A DNA stretch of 61,556 nt, filler included, from Circinaria calcarea (Eukaryota): the NCBI GenBank assembly GCA_051942165.1. It is 5 parts of 5 records of this genome, joined end to end, with 100 filler letters (N's around TTAATTAATTAA, not from the genome) between each part and the next. Parts side by side here need not be neighbours in the genome. Positions count along the whole stretch, not along the records: positions 24,687 to 36,926 come from JAVECS010000593.1; 4 more parts are not named here. One strand, given 5' to 3'. Below are positions 24,687 to 37,026 of this stretch, piece after piece. The number at the start of each line of letters is the position of its first letter. Position 1 is the first letter of the stretch. Below the pieces are notes generated by a model, which worked only from the letters and a program-made list of their open reading frames with translations, was not told where the DNA came from and did not search any database. The translations under genes and the position numbers were made by a program.

Positions 24687-24944
24687 AAGGGCTTTCGCAT
24701 GGCGGTCAAGAAAATGTACGAGTGGTTCAAACCGGCGATTTATACTCCTCGTTTTACTTGAAACTGCATGCTGCTGGTCTAACTGGCGCACTTGGAAGAG
24801 TACCTGTTCTAAGGTGGCTGCTGTGAAATCCGGGATTTCCCCTTCCCTAAGCGTGTTTCTAAATCGCTGGAAGGCTTTCCAAAGAGGAGTGTCATGCTGT
24901 TGATCGTGCTGAGAAAAAAGTCTTGGAGAAAATTCCGCAGTCAT
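24687..24944 (-). CDS. 5' fragment of a probable NACHT/STAND (fungal NLR-like) protein N-terminal helical domain
   Basis: LWKAFQRFRNTL...FTAATLEQVLFQVRQLDQQH...RRFEPLVHFLDRHAKAL resembles helical N-termini preceding fungal NACHT domains. Cut by the contig end, so no P-loop is visible. Confidence 0.5.
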
Positions 24945-25510
24945 TTTGAGAGATTCATCGGAATGTTAATGAACCAATTCATAAATAATTAATATATCAA
25001 CTCAGCAGCCTTTAATACCTAGATAAACCCACCACGCAGTGCGGGATTTTCGCCTTAGTGTAGGACAAGGCCAATAACAAAGGTAAAATTCTGCCTACTT
25101 ATCCACCCTACCTAGTACGCCTTCTATATTCAATGTAACCCTATGATTCAAGCCTTCACGGCGTTGCAAAGCACCCCTTTAACTTAAGGGGGGTTGCCAA
25201 GCTTTCCGGGATTGGTCGTCCGGTATCTAATTTTCGCCCCGGTATATAATATGGTAAAAACTGGGCGCATTCGCTCTAAGCCAGGCGTATTCGCTTTCTG
25301 CATGTAAAGGTGAGCGGAATACTTCGTATACATTGCGCATATGCTGCGTGCTCTATGTAGTGGTTTGCAGAGTACGCAGCCAAGAAAAAACCTCTACAAC
25401 ACACGTTACTACTAGTGCCAGTAGTGCAGTGCCTAGCCTCTCGATACCATGCCGAACTTCGCCCTATAGTATGCTAACTCCATTGTTTAACAGCTATTAA
25501 ATGAAAATAC

Positions 25511-25909
25511 GGAAATATGCGATTTTATACCCCAAAAGTTTGAAATATGCAATTCCATCCCACAAGTTGCAATTTCATACCTCACACCCAGTTTTCAAGG
25601 GGTACCCCGAAGAACACACTACTGTTAGGAGGGTATTAGCCTAACAACCCGGCCCTAGGTTAATAGGCTAAGTTCATTGTCGCGGTTTTCAGTGGGTCGC
25701 TGTCGCCGTCGCAGCTGTCGTACTGTGCCGCAATGCCAATGTCTCGCAATGCCAATGTCTCGCAATGCTAGTATCTCGCAATGTCACTATCGCAATATCA
25801 TTATATCGCACAGCAACCTTCCGCCGTGACCTTAAAAATAGAAAAATTTGGGGGTGGGGTATGAAATTGCATATTTCAAGCTAGTAAGGAATCGAAATTG
25901 TATGTTTCC
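25511..25909. mobile_element. ~400-bp non-autonomous DNA transposon (MITE), possibly Mutator-like
   Basis: Imperfect terminal inverted repeats: left GGAAATATGCGATTT...TTGAAATATGCAATT...GCAATTTCATACCTCACACCCA; right end reverse-complemented GGAAACATACAATTT...TTGAAATATGCAATTTCATACCCCACCCCCA. Flanks ATGAAAATAC and ATCAATATAA match 7/10 (possible decayed TSD). No ORF. Confidence 0.6.
25729..25810 (+). repeat. 16-bp tandem repeat (CGCAATGCCAATGTCT, about 5 degenerate copies) inside the MITE
   Basis: cgcaatgccaatgtct cgcaatgccaatgtct cgcaatgctagtatct cgcaatgtcactat cgcaatatcattatat cgca. Confidence 0.85.
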
Positions 25910-26299
25910 ATCAATATAAATTATAGTTTCGGGTAATACTTCGCTTGGTATTTACCGGTCGACCGGAGCTTAAGCGACGATCCCCCGCCCGCCCCCAAGG
26001 GGGCGAAGCACAGCGTAACCCCTTCATATTCAATGTGACCTTTGTGATTTCACGCATATGGAGAATGGCTCAATAATAATCTACATCCATGACGGCTGCA
26101 ATGTATATTGTAGTCACGGTTTAGCCTCATGCTATCCATTTCAAGCTACTATGGCTTGGCGCACACATGGCTCGCATACAGAGCATTCAGGGTGCATAGG
26201 GGACAAGTCCCTATGTTGTATGCGAAAACACTACTGTTACTACGATTCTGTAAGATAGGGGCTATACGTACATCGTTTTTCCTCTTCATAGAATATGTA

Positions 26300-28070
26300 A
26301 ATCATTAGCAATTTATGTTAACGTCAAGGCGATTCTTTTGTGCTATGGTTATACTTCCTAGTTGTAAGTCCCCTACTGTAATCTGGATATCAGTTGAAAT
26401 GTACGTCCATGTATTCCAGACCCCTGACCATTGTAAAACTGTCCTTATAATTGTCGAGATGAACGTCCATATGTTCATGAGGTGCCGCAACGTCATCATC
26501 CGAAACGTTCTCGAAATCGACTCCCTCCTCGTCTTCGCATAGATTTTCAATCTTAAGTGGGTGATCCAGTCTTCGCAGCTTCTACCAGCCGAAGCTCGGC
26601 CACGATATCAACGAGCTAAGCTTCCATTTTAATTTTTGTTAGGATCCAAGTCTTACTCTGCCGTGCCGGAACCACGCCAGTGATGATCGGCACCTTCGGT
26701 AAGTCCTTGTTTGGCTGAACAGAAAGGGGAGAAGCCACAAGAGAAGGGAGAGCCACAAGAGAAGGGAGAGCCACGGCAACGGCAGGGGAAGCCACATTGC
26801 CCAGGCCAGCCATCCATTAAGCGCCTTCAGAAGTGGGAGCGCATTGGAGGCATTCCGCAAATTAGGGCAACGCAAGTGTTAATGAAAGAGCTTCAGTGGT
26901 CTCTGAAGCTACCATCAATCCAGGTCGTAGATCTCCGTAGAACTCATCACCCGGAACCCCGCTGGCTGGTGAGTTCGCACGTAGGGCATTTTCATGTACA
27001 CTTAAGTAGTACCTCGTATCCTCGAAGAGGTATGACCATCTTGAATAGGGGGAGAATTAGCTGGGGCAGTTATGAATAATTCATCCACTGAGACGTTGTG
27101 GCGTGAATCTGTTTTTCTCGTAATCAATCGACAGACATTCGAATATTTTTTCTTTAAATATAATATATCCAGTGACCTTGTCTGTAGTCCACCAAGTATT
27201 AGGCGGACATAATAGCTTCAACGCGAGCCGGGTATGCTTTATAGTTGAACAAAGTTCTCGATACTTGCGAGAATGTTATTTAGTTAGTCGTCGGCCTTTT
27301 CGTACATTTGAAAGTCTCATCCGAGGATTGTTATTAAGAGTCAATATTATGACTAACCTCTTCGTTCTCCGTAAAGTACTGACTAATCTGATATATTTTA
27401 AATAATCTGAGATCAGATGATAGTGTTTCTGCTTGAGTTTTAAAAGCTTTAACAGTCCCCAAGTAATTGATCCCCCGGATAAAGCATCCACGTTGTTATC
27501 TTCTTTTCGACAGCGATTGCATTGTCTGCCGTGTTCCTTAGAATTGCTCTAAGCTTTGCACTTCTCTTCGATATTTTTCGTAGTGAGTGCTTCCATCAAA
27601 TATCCTAATCTATACTTCTTTGGGGTTCCCAATTCTTTGCCAATGGCCACCCCAGCTAGGCCGAGCAGCTAATTTGAGTCCGATTTTCAGATTCTCTCAA
27701 GCTCTCTGGCTTGGGAGGAAGAACGTATCGAGCCAGTGTATATGAATGTGAACATCCCATGGCATGGTCATTGGTAATATTGTATTATTGATCTTATATT
27801 GAGTCAGGAATATCGTGCCTCCTGTAGATGAAGTAAGAAAATGTAAGATTCTAACATGGAGGGGTGAGAAAAGATCGTCTATCCGGGATCAGGTGTTCTC
27901 CAGCCATATATCCAAATCCTGGTATGAAGAATCTTCCAATATGGTAAAATAGCGTATTACGGTCTATTTGCACGTGGCTAGTCATATGTCTGGATGTCAT
28001 CTTCTCGGCTTTGCGGATACCGGGTAACTTTCACCAATTCGTATTCCAATAGAATTTCGGGGAGGCTTTT
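26300..28070 (-). pseudogene. Decayed coding relic(s) of unknown family
   Basis: Protein-like minus-strand segments broken by stops and frameshifts, e.g. YWEDSSYQDLDIWLENT*SRIDDLFSPLHVRILHFL, ENLCEDEEGVDFENVSDDDV, and a VALPSL repeat at ~26727-26775. Confidence 0.35.
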
Positions 28071-28549
28071 ATGCTGACAGTAAAACAAGAACGATGATCT
28101 GGGACAGAAAGCAACATGTCAATAAAGAACGGGAACGCCGCCAAGCAAACATGTCGCGAAGATTAACGATCCAGAATTTATATTATAGCTACCAATGGTA
28201 AATGCGGTTTGTGGGAAGGCTTTTATAGTTCGGAGACTCAACTCCGCACTATGAAGAATCACCACTCGGATAAGCCTTTCGAAAAGGGACAAAAGAGAGC
28301 TAGATAGGTCTCAATCATATATATATCAAGACTAGAGCTGGCCATATTCTAATGTTAGGTTCTGTGTCTTAGTTACCAGTTTCGATAAATCAACATGGCG
28401 TAGACGCCAATATAGTCACCCTCCGAAAGACTTATTTAGAACCACCGTGACAAGAGTAGGAGACAGCTCTGATTAAGAAATACCTATGCCTATCATATAC
28501 AGTTTTGTAGATCCATGAATCTCGTAAGTTGAATAGAGCCATGATCAAC

Positions 28550-30460
28550 TTAGTTTGCTTCGTGTACTATGGCTTTCAAGTATCCCCTAGGAACCGTAAC
28601 AAAGTAGTCTCCCCATTCCACATCTGCCGCAGTAGTCTCGCGTACCAAGAGGTCAAATTTGCGAAAAAGATGTGCGAAGACAAGGTAGAGCTCTGCGTAT
28701 GCAAGACTGCGACGGCCATTTAGTATGTAGTATATGTGTTGGATTTTGCACTAATGATGTCGAAGGGTAGAGACCCTTATGACTATTGGAAAATAGGGAA
28801 GCCAGGTTGAGGAGCGGAAGGACAGCGAGATGAAACCGAGTTGACGTACTTAATCCCGAGGCAGCCATGTGATCCATGAGAGAAGGAGACTATATTTCGA
28901 TCCATCTCAGCAAAGCCGTCACCAAGTCAGCGCTCCGGGCTAAATACTGTAGCGTCTCGAAACTTGGATTCGTCGGCATGGTAGACATAACTGCTGTGAG
29001 AAACAACTGTCTGTCACTGGAGTCAGCGATCAAATGCGTAGGCTTAGAATGGAGAATCTCGAGTCCTTACTCCTGGAGGAATATCCTGCTCACAGAATGT
29101 CGCTCCTGACGCCGGGACAACCCTCGGTAATCGACCCGGGACACCGTAAGACGACCGGAGACTTTCTTTAACGACAGCGCGCTATAGGATATTAGTCTCC
29201 TGCAAAGACTGATATGGTAGATAACTTACAAGGTAGGGGAGGTTCTCTAAAACAGCCAAGTCGTACATTGCATCCTTATCCGGCATAGCTTCGCTAAGTT
29301 CCTCATAGAGTATTTGGTGAATGCGGGCATTGCATAGCACGTACCAAGTCCCTTAAACAAGAGTATGCGAGGTAGTATCCATGCCCGCACTTAGCATCCG
29401 CATGGCTTCAGCTGTGAGGTCCTGGTCAGATGGAGTGTATTGACCCTTTGCCGTATTGGGATTAAGCATGGTGTCAAAGATCGTTGGGAAGGGAACGTCA
29501 GTAGATCGGGGGCGGTTTTTCAAAGCAAGGATTTCTTTGCGACATCCCTAAGTAACTTATCAACCCTACCTGTTAAGCTGTATTCATAGCCTTACAGTCT
29601 GCATGAACTGGATCGAAGACAGTGGTGGAAGGATCCGCCGAACAATGCTGAATGGTATTACATCCATGACGGCGTTAACGATTGCAAAGGCCTTAGGGAA
29701 GTAGTGTCATATGGGCCAGCTGCAGCGTATTTGTCAACTGTCACGATTAAGGGAAACTTGAAGTCCGGTGCAGCTAGTGCTCCAAAAGGCTTTTGGTAGC
29801 AATAGTTCATGATCATGTCAGCGGTCAAGCACCGAAATCCAAGGCTTAAGTTGACAGCTTTGCGGTTTCGACCTGCCATCTTAAGAACTTCCAGGAACTC
29901 CGATACGGACTGCTTCAGTAAGGGCTGTACGCGTACAATGGCTGCTTTGCTGAAGTACATTTGGAACATGTCCTTCCGCTGCTTGTTTGTCTTCAAATCG
30001 AAAAAGTTAAACATGGATCCGTTGAAGTACGGATTACTGTAGTACGGTGGGTCCTTGTCAAACTTGGTTCCAATCTTGGAAACCCTAAATCCATTGGTTA
30101 CTTCTGCTCTTGCTGTTGCCTTTAGTGGTATTACTCATTGTATGCCGCCGAATCTGGTATATGAAGCTCGTTAGGGTAAGTCCGGATGATAGGTCCTAGT
30201 CAATGTTTGAATTAACGACCAGACACCGAGGTTCGTTGCATACCACATTTATCATGCCATTCGGGAAGATGTTTGACATAGTTGCCACCCTCGACCAAAT
30301 CATAGTAAGCCCCAAATAGATTAGTGGCAGCTGCTAGCTTTGGGCCGGGGAATTTTGCCAGAGGATGAAACGTGAAACGGTATATTACATGCAATACCTT
30401 AACCACAAGAACGAGGCAGACTAGCCAGAAGAAGCTATCGATGGTACAAAGACCTATCAT
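28550..30460 (-). pseudogene. Full-length cytochrome P450 pseudogene (trichodiene oxygenase/CYP58-like clan)
   Basis: FHPLAKFPGPKLAAAT, GPIIRTYPNELHI, I-helix AGMDTTS, heme motif FSHGSHGCLG, LAYAELYL. Lesions: frameshift near 29710, in-frame TAA at 29353-29355, PERW to PER* at 28927-28929. Confidence 0.9.
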
Positions 30461-32435
30461 GGCCGCTGAAGAGTCAAGGAAGAAATATAGAGATCAAACC
30501 GTCAACTTGGCACGAACGTAGTGGAGATGTGTCCCCCATTATATGTCCATATTAGGCGGGAAGGGAGGGAAAGAAATGGGAGCTTCTTTGAAGGGCCAAG
30601 AGACCTTCCCATCTCCGTTGACCACAAAGCCCCCGCCGAAACACCGCCACAGAAAGGGGGGGGGAGTTACGAGCTACATGGGGTAAAAAGGTAAAGAATT
30701 CCCCGATCCTGCGGCGGTGGTGTGATTGATTGCAGTTTCACGCATGAGGTACCCATTGTCTGATGTGGTGCAGCATGCACGAGATAGCGACATGACGTGC
30801 CCCACCGTTCGTGGGAGAAAGCCCGGCCACTGAGTAAGCGTGCTTTACGTAATGTGGGCTCGAATGGTTCTATTGGCCAGAAATGTAAAACGAGATTATG
30901 CAGTCAGATTCTGGACCATCTATTACTAACGTACCGTGTGGATCGCGTAATCAGGAATGATGTGCATAATCCTACCCAAAGAGTACTAGGCACCTAGACT
31001 CGAAGCGAAACCCCCAAGGAAATCAGTCAAGCACGTGACATTGACCGATCCGAGCACTCAATAGCCAGAAGACCAGATCGAGATAAGGATAGGTAGGGTT
31101 CTTATGCATTCTCGATCAGTTTCCTGGTGTTACTCTTTACACCAAACACTCGGGCGCGACCAAGTATACCCCCAGCTGTAGTGACACTCGCACCCTCAAC
31201 GCATATATACCGTATCAACTGCCTCCGTCCCTACCTCCCCTTTGGCCTTCAGCCACAGCCCAAAGCTACGAGGCATCCAAAGCGTGTCATCCCCACATTG
31301 TACGCCACCGCCCAATTGAGGTTCTCCTGGCAAAGAAGGGCAGAACATCGGATTGGAAAGCTTGGTTGTAGAACGGAAAGAATTTCGTTCGGTCAAGGCG
31401 CACGGCTAGGTGTTGTGACCTGTTGGCCGGCACCTGGGCCGGGCGTTCTCGTTCGCTTTCACTGTGCTGCGGTTTGTAGAGCATTCAGTCTCGCTCGCGT
31501 TTGCTCTTTAGTTTGCTATCCATGTTAGCTTCGAAAGACCGAGTGCACCTTACTTCGGGTTTCGAGGCTTGCAACCAGTCCTTGTAATCTCATAGACTCA
31601 TAGAGTCATGGACCGGTTTAGGCCATGAACACATGTGTTGTAGTAATAAGTAGGCAGAAGGAACGTTCTCGGTAGCAGTCGTGATGATTTCAGCCAGGAG
31701 TGACATGTAGTAATAGCCGTGTTTAGCAGTTCAGACGAGGAAGTGATGTATACTGATAGCCAGTCAATCTCCTTTAGGTCCCCTGCGGCGCCCGGGATGG
31801 CTGTTCAATATCCATGTTGGTATGGTGTGAGGAACATGCATGGCATCGGCCGACGTATCTGATTACCAGGTGTATGATCCTGACAGGTAGCTTGGTAGGA
31901 AATCTGTTGATCAGCCAAGTATACAAACTCCGTCCAACTTGGCAAACAAGAAACTGCACTGCGATAGTGCGAACATTAATCAACCAGCAGACAATGGTTC
32001 GCATTCAATCTATCACTGTCCTATAAACCATCCAGCAACCCATGGTATCTTCCTTAAATCCCTGACAAGAATTAACAACGAAGTAAGATACAACAAAGCT
32101 GTGCCTGCGCACTTGGGTCTCTAGAAAAAACTGATGCCCGTCTTCCCTTGCCAAAAATCTGTTCCTGCCATTCTGCCTTCGGCTCTTCAAAGTACTTTTA
32201 TTATGAAAGTAGGTGGTAATGGTACATGCATTGTACTTCCGCGTGCCGTGGTCCGACATATGAGTACACTGGAGAAAGGGGTTCCGTCGATAAGTCGTTG
32301 TTGAGATATGTACAATGCGACAAAGGATTGGAGGCGTACTGTAAGCCCTCTGAGATTTCTTTCGGCTTGCAATGGCAGCCGAGAGAGCCAACTTGAGCTC
32401 GCATTCGATGCAGTTGCTAATTGACTGATAGGTTC

Positions 32436-33613
32436 TCAATATGGATCAGAGTTAGGACCGTTGTGAGGGTTGGCGGGAGGATAGACGTTGCCAAACGGGT
32501 TCGTGTCCTGTTCGGTGTTTTCAAGCTGGGTTGCCATCAGATTGTTCGTGGGACCTTCAGATTGTGTTTGATATGCCGACGAAGGGACAGGGTTGGGAAC
32601 GCCACCAGGCGGTCCGACATTAGCCCCTGACGGACCAACAGGTGGTTGACCACTGGAGGGACCGTAGCTACTGCTGGGCCGGTTGGGATTTTGGTTGTCG
32701 CCTCGCGCGGATTGAGTCTTGATCTGACCGTTAACACCACTGCGCAAAGAAAGCACTATTCAGGGAGGATCGACTGTGAAAAGGCGGATCTTGGAAATCC
32801 CACCCCTCTCGATTGACTTACCTCACGATATTTGGACAGATAGATCTTGAGTGCTTCGGCGTAGTTTTCGAAACCTAACGATGTCATGGCGAAGAGGATA
32901 TCTTCTCCATTCACGGTTTTCCGCTTTTCTTGTTGGCATTTTTCCGAGGCTAGAAGCCATGGATGGGATTTAGCCTCTTCCTTGCACTTAGTCAGGGGAA
33001 ATCCGCGGACCACGTACCTTCGCTTGTAATGAAGGATATAAACTCGCTCACGCATTCCTGCATGCATTCTTTGGCCTCTTTTGCGATCTTCGCGTTATCT
33101 GGCAGAGCCGTCTTCATGATCCGAGCAACTGGAGCAAAGTTACGAATATTAGCATCAGAAAAGGCATGAGAGTCACTACTTCTAGAGCGACATTGGGGTG
33201 AAATTGATTGCGGGGAATTGCGGGACATGGTAGACCTCCTACTGGTCATGGGAAATGAACCATAGAAAGAAGAGTTGAAGAATGCCGGCGCAAATCCTCG
33301 AGTCTTCATGGAAGACCAGTCAGAAGCGCATTCGATGAGGGGGTCAGTCGCAGAAGCGACACCAATACGAGAGCGCTTCTTAGGGTGCAGGCGGCGCGAT
33401 TGGGGTACATAGATTGATAGGAGAGTAATGCATCATGAGGAACCAACCATTTGCTATCGGTAACCAGCGATCCTGCTCCTTCACCTCAAACTCGTAGGCA
33501 AGTTCTCGCGCTTGTCCCTCGGGGTCGGTTCTATTGTCCATGTGCTCGGAATTATCAGGAGACGGATCTCCTTGCTCCACGTCCGTTTCTTTCACAGGTG
33601 GGGATACCGACAT
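32436..33613 (-). CDS. HAP3: CCAAT-binding complex subunit NF-YB (Hap3/HapC), 3 introns
   Basis: [93 protein letters not shown] histone-fold domain. The 3' end is taken from the ORF stop at 32436. Confidence 0.96.
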
Positions 33614-36054
33614 GATGTATATGGCCGGAGTGGTAGCCTGCAGCTCGCAGAACGCTACTCCGAGAGACCGTTGGCTGCCCAACGAATCGTAATACGGCTG
33701 ACCACGTCAGTGTTCCGCTCACCTTTCACTCGGATTGCAATCGCTGTGTTGAAGCACGTCAGACGGCCAATGGTCCTTTTGCTTCACCACCGCCTAGGGT
33801 ACGAATGCTTGGGCACAATGCACCGAGTTCTTTGGTTACTAGTAAGCTACTGCTGCGCTCACCACATAGGGCATTTGGCAAAGATGCACGCGCAGACGAG
33901 GATCCGGACACGCGAGGTGTTGCAAGGAACCCCCCCGATCTCCGTGCCAGACCCCAATCAACAGACTGTAATACCTGTCCTGCTAATGCTGATACAAGCT
34001 GTCCCTGCAAGGTTGTAGATTTTTCTGCTAACGGATTGTAGTAATCTTCCGGTTGGGGGCGATTGGAGGGCGGCGGCCGTTACAAAAGTCTATCAGCAAG
34101 GCCCTCAGGCTACGAGGGTACTGCAAGTCATGAGATCAGCGTAAGCTACAGGCGCATGAGCATGAGGTCTTCTCAACTTGAACGGCGCGAATATCGGTGA
34201 GTCGCGCAATAGTGCCTTGGGATTGCTTTAGGCGCAAACTGTATACTTGAAGCGCAGAGGGCAGAAACCAGGAACCGTTGTGTGGCCGAGTCCCCTGGCC
34301 CGTAGATAGCCACCGACAGTTCTACTCTGGCAGCTTCTTGCCCGCGGTATGGTAGGGACTTTGGATTCTTGCCGTTACGTCAATTGACGGTGTCTGGGGT
34401 CAATTGGCCAACGTTGCAATGTTTCGGACGACAGAAAAGTCCACGACAGCGGCAATCGCGTGTAGCAGGAGAGGTGGTGGGGGTTGTGTGGTGGTTAAGG
34501 GAGAGTTCGCGTGGTTGGGCAGCAGCAAATGAAGAGTAAAAGGACAGCGGTCAATTGACGATGACCCATGATCGCCCCGCGAGCCTTGGGACATGGGAGG
34601 AGTGCCGCCGCGGAAACTACGGGAGAAGCAATTAGAGAAGACGGTTTAGGCTCAAACAAGGGACCCGTTCCTCCCCTCCGTTCCGTTCACAGCGGTCGGA
34701 TCGGTACGGTAATCGCTGAATAGAGCATATCTCCCCACCATCTGCTCGAGGTTCGGTGGTCCGACAGCATCCGTCGCTGCAATGTATGTCATCGATCCTT
34801 TTCCCCGGTCCGAACGGGGCACCAACTGACGGAGGGTTGTGGCAACGCCAATCATGCCCATGCAGGAGTGACGGTCATCCGAGGCCTTATGTCGGCTTCA
34901 TCAACGCCTGATGTGCCTAGTCCGGCATCGAATCCTCTATTATCGGGTATTGCGACGGCGAGCCTACAAGGGATGGAGCACTGGACGACGGATTGACCGG
35001 TCACGGTGTGGGTAGCACAGCATGAGCTCAGCCTCAAACGTGGGTTTAGTCGTAGGAGCATGTTTCCTCATTCAGTCGAATCTCGACTGCCACAGCGGAT
35101 AGTTTGTGCAAGCCGGCGCATATGGTCTAGTGTCTAACATGCAAAGCATCAGATTACCCCCACGAGTCATTAATTCACAAAGGCAGATTCGCTGGCCAGG
35201 CATCACAATGAGGATTAGGAAGCCAGAGTGTGTGGTGGAGGGGCAGAATCTGATCCGCTGCATTAATCTCCTTCTCAGCTCGGGGATTTGGCCGGGGGGC
35301 ATTGACAGTGCTACAGAGAGGCGCTGACACGAGCTGACACGTAGCGGCCGACCGGACTGTGAGGGAAGAATCTTTTCTCGACCTTCACATGTACTCTGTC
35401 CGATAGTTGTCTACCAGCCTCACTACCGTGGAAACCAACGAGAGCGACATGACGTTAAAGCGTCCACTCAGAAGACACTCTCCTTTCCGTCGTACCTGAT
35501 CTGACCTAAGATGACACATGACCTATGAGTGACTTGCCCACGATTGTGGGTGTGTCGGTGCATGTTAGGCGTCGGTCTAAATCAGTGCTACATTGGCGAA
35601 GCAATGCCAGCTCACCGCGGCCACACCTTCGGCAGCCTCATGTTTGATCCTGCATGCCAATTGGTTCGGCGTCATCGAATAGCCAGTCTGATGGATCTCA
35701 GGTCTCGTAGACGGCCGCGACGCCTGCGCCTCCGCATAATGAACCCTAGCCATCCGAGAAAGAACCCTAAGGCTTAATTAATCTATGCGAACTTGGGCAT
35801 GACTGCAGATTGGACGAGGCGACCATATTCTCCGATGACTTCAGGTGTATTCGATGCGCCATCGTCCCTCCATTCCGGGTTTCCACATCGAGAAGTTCAG
35901 CCTCATTGCGCTTCCTCTTGCAGACCAGGTAGGAAAGATTGCGATCGGATTTGTAAATTGTCTGACGTTTCGCCGCAGGGGTGGCGCTTTTATTACTGCC
36001 CGTTAGGCCTCGCACTGTAGGCGCTCTATCTTTAAACTCCGTCCTAGCCTTGGG

Positions 36055-36690
36055 CTACTGTTGCACAACTTGAATGTTGTTCTTTTTCTGGGCAGGGCAT
36101 CGGTGTTAGCCTCAAGGAGTACCCAATTATCAAAGCCAGGAAGGCCCCGGAGTGATGAATACGGAGTGACACCTTCTGCAACTGGAATACGAGCGCCTCA
36201 CCTTCCATTTCTCCATGTCGTCTTGCTGTTTCTTGTATTGCTTCAACAATTCATCAAGTACCTTTTTGAGACCTTCGGAGTTTGTTTTCAGCACAGGTAT
36301 AACATCTTCCACTGTCCTCTCCACTAATACTCCATTGATCATGCGAAAGCATTTTCGATCCCAAGGTAATGAACTCAAGGTTTCGAGAACCAGCCTAAGG
36401 GGACAGAAGAGCGGTAAGCCTATGCGCTGGCGGTGTGACCTCTAACTGGGAAATTATGACCACTAGGGTCTAGGATCAAGGTGATTTTGAACGGTGATGT
36501 TCGGCCGACGTACTTGTGTTCCTCCGTCTCCTGCTCGACGTCGCCGATTTTCTGAGCTAGCTGCTGGAGATTGTTCTTGTAGTTTGTGTACTGAAGTTGG
36601 AGCTCTGGGAGTACACGTCAGTGGTTGCAAGTGTGAATGTTCGGATATCATGCCTTGCTGCTTCTTAGCAGTAATCTGCTGTTGAGCCAT
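36055..36690 (-). CDS. GIM4: Prefoldin subunit 2, 3 introns (first intron GC-AG)
   Basis: MAQQQITAKKQQELQLQYTNYKNNLQQLAQKIGDVEQETEEHKLVLETL...RKCFRMINGVLVERTVEDVIPVLKTNSEGL...KWKKKNNIQVVQQ*. Confidence 0.93.
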
Positions 36691-36926
36691 TGTTGTAGAT
36701 AGATCAAAGTAGAGATGGTCAAGCTCCTTGCCTTGGACCCAAAAGCAATAATACACCGATTTCTGGCGCCTCTGAGTGCTAAATCCAGGATGCCTTTGCG
36801 CTTACGACGTTGCTTTAGCCTAGGTTGGAGATTGTCAGAAAGGGAATCCTTTGTCGAAGTTGAAAAGTTGAGACACTTGCCAGCGATCAGAGATCGATAT
36901 GTAGAAGTCCTCTCCGATAACGAATC

Positions 36927-37026
36927 NNNNNNNNNNNNNNNNNNNNNNNNNNNNNNNNNNNNNNNNNNNNTTAATTAATTAANNNNNNNNNNNNNNNNNN
37001 NNNNNNNNNNNNNNNNNNNNNNNNNN
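36927..37026. other. Artificial contig spacer
   Basis: N44-TTAATTAATTAA-N44. Confidence 0.98.

Noticed and set aside
25729..25810. Regularly spaced repeat suggestive of a CRISPR array
   Set aside because: Eukaryotic context, 16-bp head-to-tail units without unique spacers, and no cas genes.
20852..30460. Amidase, dioxygenase and P450 as a possible secondary-metabolite cluster
   Set aside because: They lie on different contigs, the P450 is a pseudogene, the dioxygenase is an ALKBH1-type housekeeping gene and no backbone synthase is present.
35740..35772. AACCCTA(A/G) motifs in the HAP3-prefoldin intergenic region as a possible telomerase RNA template
   Set aside because: They lack the full 1.5-repeat template (TAACCCTAA) and no supporting structure was identified.
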